From Auanema rhodensis (lineage: Eukaryota; Animalia; Nematoda): 64,000 bases of DNA. The notes below the pieces were generated by a model. It searched no databases. It saw only the letters and a program-made list of their open reading frames with translations, and was not told the DNA's origin. The stretch covers positions 9,796,001-9,860,000 of the forward strand of contig OZ059897.1 in assembly GCA_964057225.1 (NCBI GenBank), read 5' to 3'. The position numbers and the translations under genes were made by a program. Below are positions 53,591 through 64,000 of the stretch, in pieces (the first letter of the stretch is position 1; each line of letters opens with the position of its first letter).

Positions 53591-55813
53591 TAATATCTAT
53601 AATAAACACTATGTTTTGAATGAGTACGAACAATATTCATCTTTAATAACGGAAGAGATTTAAAGTATTTATTTAAAAATCATGCATTTTACGGTTTACT
53701 TATACGAACGCTTTAAAATTTTACTATCCAAAAGTACGCTTAGAGTACTTGCGCAAATATGGTGTCTGACGCTTTTCATAGAAGCCTGAATTCTTTCAGC
53801 ATATAGTATATGAGTGGCATATGAGTAAAGATATGGCACCAAGTTGAAATAATTATATACTGATAAGGAAATAATCTTACTAGCGTGACTGATGTGTTTT
53901 TACACGAACATGGTGCTTCTTTCAATGCTTTTTAAAATCCATATATTCCCTATAAACTGTGGTCAATTATTTAATCAGTGCAAAAAACTTAATTTCATGA
54001 AAGATTGAGCTGTTTGAAAATTTTTGTCATTTCAATATCCTTTTCTTGTAAGTCAACACTAGTTTCATAATTATCTGAACTTCCTGCGAATAATAATGCC
54101 GATGGTTATGAGGAAAGCCTACCGTAACCCAATACGTTTGCCGATTAGCTTTGGCCTTTTCAAGATTAAAACGAACAAAAATGTTGAAAATGCTCAGCCA
54201 TGCTGGTGTACGTATGCGTATTGGAAAGTGACCAATAGTTTCGTTGGGAGCAGGTGAAACTAAAGAATACTAATGCGTTCAATTTCACATGCGTTTTTTG
54301 CACATGCACCATTGCTCTAGACTAATCAAAAAAGGAATTGATTAAAAGTACTGAAGATTATTAAAGTTATATCGTGAATTTTTTCATTGCAAAATGTTTT
54401 CTGCTCCAAAATGTAATTTGATAATTAGAAGAACGTGTGCTCCATCTATGTATGTCTATCATTGTTTGAGATATAGGGTCAAATTTCCGCCTTTCATAAA
54501 TATTATGATGCTTGAATTATATATTTAAAATTTGAAGATTATCTGAGAATATCTTCTATCACATTTTACTCTTTTCTTGAATTGAAAAATTTAGAATTTG
54601 ATCAGAAACTGATCAAGCTGTAAATTTCTAGCTTGAAATCGAGTATACTGGAATCAGAATTCATTTTCTATTTCAGAAACTGATATACTTTTATCAATTG
54701 ACTTCTCTCTAGTCTTCCTCATTTATTATTTTCATCACGTGGTCTTCGAATTTTATTATATAATAAATTTTGAACTTATCTCCATTAGCTACAATGGGCC
54801 ACAGTGCTGATATTATGATATTTTTTAAAAACTAAATGAAATGAAAATGCTATGATATGCTCTCCAATATGAAATTTTTTATAAATATCTCATTATATAT
54901 AAAGTATTTAGACATCTGAAAATAGTTTCACTGCTTGTTTTATATTTTTTTTTAGAATAGAGAAATTTTGATTACATGAAAATAAAGAGTTTAAGGCGAT
55001 CAGGCGAAAGATTAAAGAATTCGGAGTCTCATTCCGATGTTTCAATATTGTCTAAGATTTATTTCCTTTTCTTTGTAAATGTTCAAAATTAAGCTTTATT
55101 CTACTATCTGAATTATGAATATAAAGAAATATAATTATAAGAATAGGAGTTAGTTACTAATAATATACAATATGCTTCCATATTTAGTATAAAATTTAGT
55201 AATCAATGAATTTTAACTATTAAACGAAGTTTTTTGTTGACACAACTTGAAAAGATGGATGATTTTTCAATGTAAATAGGCAGAATAACTTTTTCATCCC
55301 GTTTAATAGTTTATGACTTTCTTTTTTTTGTATTGACATCTTATCCAAAAACAGCAACATTAAACATTGAACTTATGTATATTCATATTGAAAGTTTGAT
55401 CATTCATGCCACTTCTGTGAGATTCGTAAGAATATGAATAAGAAGTTGTTCATTGATTTGTAAGTTCTTATGAGTTACAATTTTTTTTATTTATAAAAGT
55501 CAATTAAACATCGAATTCAATGAAATCGACCAATGTATCCGATCAAATTGAAAAGCAATCCTTTTGAGTATCGAACATGCGATGCATTTGCAAAGGGAAT
55601 TCTTCATCTTCTCTTTCTATATATGCATGTTCTTATCACGTGTTCAAAACCGTCGGCTTATCTTTCGTTAAGCTTTTAATAGAAAGTAGTCTTCTTGATA
55701 TTTTCAACCTGGCTAGCTAATTGTCTGTTAAAACATAATCATATGTGTGCATCTTCTCCTCAAAATGTTCAATTTCTCGTTCTCAAAGTTCACGTCCTTT
55801 ATCGACAGATATT

Positions 55814-55843
55814 TCTTTCTCTTTCTCTCTCTCTCTCTCTCTC
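55814..55843. repeat. (CT)n microsatellite, imperfect
   Basis: ctttctctttctctctctctctctctctct. Confidence 0.8.
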
Positions 55844-56701
55844 TTTTAGCTTTCATTTCGAGATTTTAATTTGTGAATGCTTTTGCATATGCAGCTTATA
55901 TTGAGCAGCGCAAAGAACATTATTTTATGAGTTTTTTTACAATTTCATTTATTGTTATCGAATTTAATCCGCTGCTTTTAAAATTAATTTGAACTACCTC
56001 ATCGAACGATGAAATTTTGATAAAACTAATGGAATCTTTTGAAAGAAACTTTTTTTTTCTAATTAACGATGTCGCACTCATGATTTTTACAGTTAATTGT
56101 CTTGCTTCATGTATATAGTTTTAAACTGTGTGTAGATAACATAACTGGGTTTTTACTTTCATTTATTCTTTATTATGATTGAAAGTGATTGACTTCAGAA
56201 GTCATTAAGGTAGCTTTTACGTTCTCTTATCATAGGACACGCGCGAATGCAGATATGTTTTCCCTTTGATATAGATACGTGCTAGCTTATCACAAACATG
56301 TGTCAATCGCAAAGCTTTTATCTGGCACCTCTTTAAATGGAGATTTTTCGAGGAATTATCACGCAATAGATACAATTCTTGGCAACAGTTTTATTGTCTT
56401 ATCTGAAAAGACAACTGTTCTTGAACTATCAAATGATAACTCTAACTCTCCTATGTACATATTTTTTTTTACTTTGCAGGTAAAAGTTTTAAATTTTAAT
56501 TTTCATCAGTTTTTCTTTTCAGAAAATGTTCTAATAAGAATATTTATTGTTTTATGAGATTGATAGGAAAATATATCTATAGCTTTGTCACGAAAAGCTT
56601 AACTTTACTGCTCATTTGTAGATAAATAGGTGATAGATAGTTAGGTAGTTATGCATAGCGGTAAAATAGAAAAAATAAAACTGAAAAAGAGAGAGATGAA
56701 T

Positions 56702-56704
<3 letters not shown>

Positions 56705-56750
<46 letters not shown>
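56705..56750. repeat. (GA)23 microsatellite
   Basis: Perfect GA dinucleotide run upstream of the GPCR gene. Confidence 0.95.
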
Positions 56751-56753
<3 letters not shown>

Positions 56754-57794
56754 AGAGAGAAAGGAAAAAGAATCAAGAAACAGAGATAATATGGATTTAA
56801 AGAGAGTGAAGCTCATATTCACATCATTATGCTTATTCGCATCCTTTTTCAGATTATTCAGAGTTTAATTACAATTCGTATATAAACTTTGTTTATACTA
56901 GTCAAACACTATGGTAGAGTACGGCTTTGATGATTGCTCCGTTTTTTTTTTTTAAATTCGAACACTATACACGAAATTTGATTTGGTTTATGCTAAACAT
57001 TCATTTGTTACTTCCATATCAAGTTATAAACATCGAATAGATGAGCTAAACTGAAATTCAAAGCTGTACAGGTGCTATCACTCCCACTGCTCGTTATTAA
57101 TTCGCTCTACTAGACTTCAGGTGATAACTGAATTATTATATTTTTTTCAAATCTTAACTATGCGTTTATGACTTTTTCATCAGCATTTTGTCATATCGAA
57201 ATATGAAACTATATGTCCCATTAGACGGCACATAAGTGTTGTGTATAATGCCTTCTGTGCAATTATTCGGGGCGATTGCCCTCGGGGTTTCATACTCCTG
57301 TCGCACAAGTACATAAAACCAATCGAAGTGGAAGCATCTCAAGCCATTCCTCCGTTGTTCTTTACATTGAAAAGCCTTCCTATCGAGCCTTGGATCATCT
57401 TTCTCAACTACTATTCACTTACCATGTTGACACTGTTTCAATCATTTGCTCTACGATCTGTATCTCTGTTCGAAGCTTTTTTCATTTCAGAATGAAATGA
57501 TTCGTAGTAAGAGGCACTTGACCACATTATTTTAATATACCGTATACTTATTATTTTATAATATTTTTACATTTTAAAACATCTAATTATTCACCTTTAT
57601 TCACTTTTATTCACTTTTAAGATAATAATCTTTCATCTTTCACACGGTTTTAATCGTCTTGGTCTTGATTATATGATATCATTACACATTACACTAGCTT
57701 TTCATTTTAATATATGTTCTTATCTTTTTTTATCTTCCTAATAACATCATACTATTTAGGTGGTCAGTTAAGAACATCTCATTTTTAACTGAAA

Positions 57795-59402
57795 ATGAAT
57801 GAAAATATAACAAACATTACACAATTAGTTGAGGAAGATTGGTTAGATGAATGTGATTTAAGTCAATCACTTCTAGACCAACCATGGATTCGATACCCTA
57901 CTATGATTATTTACATGAGTGTTTTCTTCATTTGTTTGTTAGGTTTTCAACTTTAAAACTTTCAGCCTTATTCGTATATTTTTTATTAGGAAATCTTTTT
58001 ACCATCATTGTTATAATCGTTCATCCCATGATGCGAACAACAACTAATTTTTTCCTTGGAAACCTAGCTGTCGCTGATTTATTAGTGGCTGTCTTCTGTA
58101 TTTTGCAGAATATGATTCACATAGTTGGATTTGATCATGGAAATTGGCCTCTAGGTTAGTGAATTTAACGAATGTACTTATATCTTCAATATAACTGAAG
58201 GAGAAACAATGTGTCGGATGTACGTTCTTGTGCTTCATTTAGTACCATGTACAAGTGTTGGTATTCTTGTTTGTGTATCTGTAGAAAAATATATCGGTAA
58301 TCAAATTCCGTGTTCATTAATCTTTTCTATATTTATGAATTTAAGCGGTTTTGCATCCGTTGACTGCTTTAAAGGTATTGACACAACGTCTCCGTGTCAT
58401 GGTTACAATTGCAATTTGGATGGTCAGCTTGCTTACTAATCTTGTGTATTTCTTCTCAACAAAAGAATTTGTCTTTGGAGATCAAAGAGCATGTGGCAGA
58501 ACTGAAGAGTATGCACTATTTTCTTTCTTTTTTTCGTCTTATATCTCTCATTTAGAATGCGTTTATGGGTTACTATTTCATTTGTTATATGGTATGTATT
58601 CCCTCTCATCGTTCTAGCCTTCATTTATTCAAAAATTGGATTAGTTTTATGGCAAACGGGATCCTCATCTTTACGAACTAATCGTCAGAGTAGTGGTAAG
58701 AAAAATGTTACTGTTATTCTCAGTTTATTCTTTTTGTTCATAGCAGATTCTCAAGGAAGTGTTGGAGCTTCATGGAATATGGGTAATGGACGAGTTATTG
58801 TTTATAAACAAGAAAGTTTGTTACAAGTGCCTGACGAAAGACCAACTAAACGAAGCCCAAGAGATTTGGAGGGACGTAGAAAGGTAAGAATAACTACTAT
58901 TTTCCCTGAATTGAAAAGGGGCGTATTTGGATACAAACAAGCGTTTCAGGTTATTCGTCTTCTATTCTTTGTTGTCCTTTCTTTCGCTGTGCTCACACTT
59001 CCTCATCATGCTCGTCTTCTTGAAGCCGTGAGTATCCTTATAGAATCATATCTAAGCATTTTCAAATAATTCAGATGTGGAATCCCGTAGCAACATGCAA
59101 TTCAGATGTTGCCATTCTTCTACAACCACTTAGTTATATCTGCTTATTCGTTTCAAGTGCTATCAATCCAATTCTCTATGCCTTCTTATCTCGCAGATTC
59201 AGAGAGGCTGTCAGTGATATTCTCTACTGCCGGTAATGAATACATCAATTCTCTAATTTTATGAAAATGACTCTTTAGAAGAGGATTATTCACTCGTATC
59301 AATAGGTCAAGAACACGCACATTGGTTTCCGATGTGCCTGATGACTCTCGATCGCCATCCCCTCACCCTCATAACACTATTCGTTTAAACCGCCTACGCT
59401 AA
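57795..59402 (+). CDS. Rhodopsin-family neuropeptide GPCR (trissin-receptor/npr-20-like)
   Basis: N-glycosylated N-terminus (NENIT, NIT), GN in TM1, [52 protein letters not shown]. The subfamily is by recollection. Confidence 0.88.
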
Positions 59403-59633
59403 CCGCTAGATTACAAGTACTAGCACTAATGTAACCTTCCATGATCTGAATTTAAGTGTCATTTTCTCAATTGCATACGGAGTATAATCACGAACTCATC
59501 ATTACTATTATTACTATTGCTATTATTCATTATTTCATACAAACTAACACATAATGAATGTAATCCCGTTTATTAAATTACCTGAAACTATAACAATATT
59601 TCTAAAACGCTAATCTGTCATCACAAAAATCTT

Positions 59634-62600
59634 TTAAATGTATTTGTAAACGAGATCAACATTCCAAGCACTAGCAGTTATGGCCCAATCATAATTCTTT
59701 TCACGATGTTCCAGAATAGTTTTGGTGATTTCTTTCAAAGTATTGCTGACCATGTCTGGCCCGTGCAAATAGTGTGAAGCAACACCAACCAGGAACTGAT
59801 CAGATTCGGAATTCTGTAAAAACTCAATTATCTATCCCGAAATTCGGTTTTTTCCAAACCTCAACGGAAAATTCTATGTCCCAGCTTCCACATTTCTCAC
59901 CACTACAGGTCAAGAAAAGGAACATGTTGTTTTCTGGTTCTTGTATTGGCTGAGCAATGGAACAGTTTAGGATTCTGTTGTTATTCTCAGAAACAAGGAA
60001 AACAGACATCTGACCACTTCCTACAAAGAATTTTAAAAAACCATAAGCCAAATGTTTCTGACCTTCTGCTCGTATTTTATAAAGTGTAGAATTCTTTTCT
60101 TTTTTCTTTTCCAAAACAGTAATAGTACTAGGTCTAGCTAATTTCAATCTTTCTACAGCATATTTGAATCTTATATGGCTGAAAATATGATAAAGTTGTT
60201 GTTATATTTAGCTTCTATGTATTCCAGATGAATAGCGAAAAAGAATAAAAATTAAATTTACTTTTCTTGAATTCTTTTTCTTGTTGGAAAGTAAAATGGA
60301 ATCTCACAGTATGGATCATCATAATGACAAGTTAACTTTTGGAAATCTGAATTACTTATATGAATTATTAGCAAGAGGAAATGGATACCATTCTCAGAGT
60401 TCACAAATGGGATATCTTCAGCTCCACGGTGATCATGTGAAATGGCATAGAGTACTGTATCATTTAGCTTTACAGTACCATCTTTATTCAAGAAAAGCCT
60501 ATTAGAATGCTATAAAGAAAACAAAATCGAGAATATATCAAATTCACATATACTTACATAGAATTGAGTTCTTTTAGTTGTAGGATAGGAATCCGAATAA
60601 CGGAAAGGACCTCCAATTGCTGCTCGTAAGAAATAGAGCATAACAGTAAGAACCATAAAAACTCCGATGAGCATGTAAATGTAATGACGAATTCCAGTTT
60701 CTTCTTTTTCACGGACAGACACAGATTTCGTTAACAATGGTAACTAAAACCAAAAAAATAATAATTTTGCTCATGAGATCATCATACCAGAGATAAAACT
60801 ATCACAATGGCCGATAAAGCTACGAAAGAAGCAACTATTGGCTCAGGATTTGAGCTTGTTCTACCCATAATGGGAATAAATACAGATAGTAGCAATGTAG
60901 TTGAGTAAATGGTCATTGACAGCGATGGAAAATAGAACAGTATATGAACAACAGTTGCAGTTGTCTTACCTATATTAGATATGATTTATCAAAGAGATTA
61001 AGAATAAACTTACTGAGATTATCAACATTTACAAATTTTTTAAGAAGAGGAATCGCCATTAAGGAAAATAAGAATCCACTAGCAATATCATAGTAAGTAA
61101 AAACAGCTAAAACTAGTGAAACAAAAAGGAAGTGGACATTCTCAATTGCATGAGAATAAGCCTGTAAGCATATGAATTTGCATTAAACTACAAAAAGTTG
61201 CAGTTTTACCAGCTTTTGTTTCTCAGTTAAAGAATTTGTGAGGAATGTTTGGGTAGTACTGCCCACCCACACAACTGGGAATCCGTACAAGAGGAACGAT
61301 ACCCAATGATGTGTATACCAAGATAAAACTCCAACCCATTTATAACTTATTTTAGTCATTCTTAAGAGATGGAATTTTAATTTTTTGGAAAAAAAAATAT
61401 AAACATACCCGTAAGTCATAAAAATCATAACAGCAAAAACAAAGATGTAATTACGGATAGCTTTCAGATAAATAGGATCTGAAAAATTACATATACTCAA
61501 TTTTCTCTATAATCTATACCTCTAGAATATCCAATAATAAATATTAAAACAGAACAAATTATAACAACTATATTGACAATATGAGCCAATGATAAAGGAT
61601 AAACCACAACAAAAAGTCCTGAAATTTTATGAATGCAACAACTAAAATGTTATTGAAAATGAAACCTAAGAAATCGAAGAAAACACTTTTCTGATCTCCA
61701 TATTCAGCAGGTTTTTCCAAATATGGCGATTTCAAGAGATGTAGAAGAGTTGAATAAACATTTTCTCCTAAAACATAATTAAAGTAAATAGCTAAATAAG
61801 TTCTATAAAATACCTCCTCTCTGTAGAGATCCACTTGTAATTCTTTTTTCCTCATCAAACTCTGTATGCCACCAGTAACCATTTTGAACAAAAGCGAGAT
61901 CCAAACCTAAAGTATTGCATTCACCTGAAGAAGATTTAGAAAACGACTGTACCTGGAACTCGTCCATAATCACGGAAAATTCTGAAATCAGTATCTCCTG
62001 GATAAACACCACTTTGGAAAACTTCTTGACCGATAACGCTACAGTGAGGATGTACAGCAGCTTCCAAATATGAATTCAATAGCCATTGGTTGGAAGGACC
62101 TTCAGGCAACATATCAATTATTATAAGCAAGTATAATCAAATTACCAGCTTGGAATAAAAGTTCACGCCCTCCACTTCCACTAGCTTCTAAATTTATGAA
62201 AGCTCGAATGGAATGTCTCCAGTGATGTTTAGTAATAAACCCATGAGCTGCCTAATGTTTTAAAATATACTTATAATATGCTATCTTGATCTCACCAGCA
62301 AGCTAGATTCCTCAGCTCCGTTAAATAAAAATATTACATCATGCTTAAGATTTTGTGGTTGAGTAGATAAAAGACGGATGAGCTCTAGCATTAAGGCGCA
62401 ACTTATAAGGTCATCAGACCCACCTGGATGAATAGAGTTTAAACAACAATACTAATAAGCATCAATAACCGCTTCCAGTTGGCCAGCTATCATAATGACA
62501 ATTCAAGAGAACAGCTAACTGATTATCAGCTCCTTGCGCACCTAATCTAGCAATGACATTTGATACCTAAACATTAGGCATTTCGAAATTAAGCTACAGC

Positions 62601-63148
62601 GTCACACACATTTTTATAGCAAATGGAAAAACCATCAGTATCGAACTTCGGAACATCAAAACAGCCGGAAGGATTTTGAGTTTCAATCTCGAAGCGTACA
62701 TCAGATGAAGCATGACTTTGAATTGTTCTAAAATAAGATTAAACAAGGATATTTGAATGATGGGTATACTTGAGCTCAGAGTAAATTCTGTTTCTAGTTT
62801 GATATTCACATGCATACGATCCTGCTGGTTTAGGCCCAAACTCTGAGAGCTCCTTTAAGATTTTTTTGGCCCTTATCTCAGAAAAATGAGAATTATCTAG
62901 AAAATTAAATGAAATTTAATTAAAAGGGCACGCGTACCATAAGAAGGTGCTTTAGGGGACGGCAGGCAAACGTGTAAGTGAGTTGATAAAACAAGTAAAA
63001 CAAAGATAAAAATATATATTAAGATCCAATCAGAACGTATAAGAAGCTTATTGCTATCATGTTTTGCTTCTACCGGTTGATTGACTGTATCTTCTTGGGG
63101 GAGCAAGTGCCCAGATCGAGCACCTCGTCGTCGTACTTCAGACGACAT
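59634..63148 (-). CDS. ERMP1: ER metallopeptidase 1-like (M28 family, multi-TM)
   Basis: [72 protein letters not shown]...[14 protein letters not shown]. Confidence 0.92.
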
Positions 63149-64000
63149 TCATAAAATAGTCTAAATTAATTACAGAATGAAAAAAGTAATTAGCCGTAAT
63201 ATTTGCGCATCAATGTCACAAAACAGTGATGTTATCACTGTTACTTATCAGAGTCAGATAAACAAGTTTAGAAATCATATAAAACGCGGAGACACAAAAG
63301 AAGCAGAGACTAATAGCGTGGGCCAATTCGGACATCATTGAACCATGACGATTGCCCCCACTTAATGATATTCATACGTACTCTATATAACAATACAGTT
63401 AAAGTTATTCTGTGATCCAAACTTCACGACAAAAAATCACTATGATCAAAATGAAAGATTTAATTTTTTTAAAAAAATTCAAATGAAATTCTAAACAGAT
63501 AGAATGCTTGAATGTTATTATGAATCGTTATGTAATTCTTATGTACAACAAGACTCGTATTATTAATATCACATGAAACAGATTAATTAGGATTGTATTT
63601 CAGACAAAGGTTGACGATGGCTGAAATGTGATAAAATACAGAATGCTAAGAAAACATAAAAACATACTGATTAGCTCTGCAATTCTTGGCTTCAGCTTCT
63701 AATTCTTTGAGATATTTTATTCCTTGTATTTTTTGCTAAACTTACTTTTTTAAGAATGAAAATTTAGTGCTTAACAAACCTTATTTAATTTCTTAACCTC
63801 AGCAATTAAATTTTCAACTTCGTTATTCTTTTTCTTCAGAATATCTTCCTATGAAACAAACAAATAATATAAAGTTGCATACACCAATTAAAAAATACCA
63901 ATCTTGTCACTGTAGAAATTATTTTCTCTTTCTCAGAACGAACATTTGCAAGAGAATTAGTCTAAAACTTTTTTTAATTTACTTTAAACGGTTTAGAGCT

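Noticed and set aside
54247-54261. GGAGCAGGTGAAACT resembling SRP RNA helix 8; GAGGAAAG at about 54110 resembling RNase P/MRP CR-I
   Set aside because: The partner motifs (CAGG plus GNRA loop; CR-V pairing strand) are absent. Kept only as an unassigned structured candidate.
55573-55632. GAACATGC/GCATGTTC inverted repeat, a possible pre-miRNA
   Set aside because: A large central asymmetric loop leaves too little pairing
57256-57307. tRNA-like or hammerhead-like three-stem patch upstream of the GPCR
   Set aside because: No D arm or anticodon arm, no TTC-RA T-loop, and no CUGANGA core

Overview
This is eukaryotic DNA, not prokaryotic: a gene-dense, AT-rich nematode window, most likely a clade V rhabditid or strongylid relative. 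Introns are very short (about 42-55 nt), acceptors are TTTCAG/TTTAG, and many ATGs sit just after trans-splice-like acceptors. I can reconstruct 19 spliced protein-coding genes by eye. In order: a small secreted orphan, cap-2, gmps-1, a PTGR-like oxidoreductase, CRCP/RPC9, a Tudor plus CxxC protein, ech-4, a beta-tubulin, OXCT1/SCOT, ACF1/BAZ1A, a divergent NRF-1/Erect-wing-like factor, RalGAP beta, a charged secreted orphan, a 4-TM protein, an EF-hand-like protein, emc-1, CHERP, a peptide GPCR and an ERMP1-like M28 peptidase. Several gene pairs show operon-like spacing. The most notable observations are: (1) an NRF-1/EWG-type DNA-binding domain in a lineage usually said to lack NRF-1; (2) a beta-tubulin carrying Tyr167, the benzimidazole-resistance residue; (3) a perfect X-box upstream of an uncharacterised EF-hand-like gene, making it a candidate ciliary gene; (4) a multi-stem structured RNA candidate at about 54.1 kb; (5) frequent AAG and one GAG splice acceptor. 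No rRNA, tRNA, CRISPR array or transposase was recognised. CDS coordinates span start to stop codon including introns. Exon structures are manual and unverified, and comparisons to known proteins are from memory.
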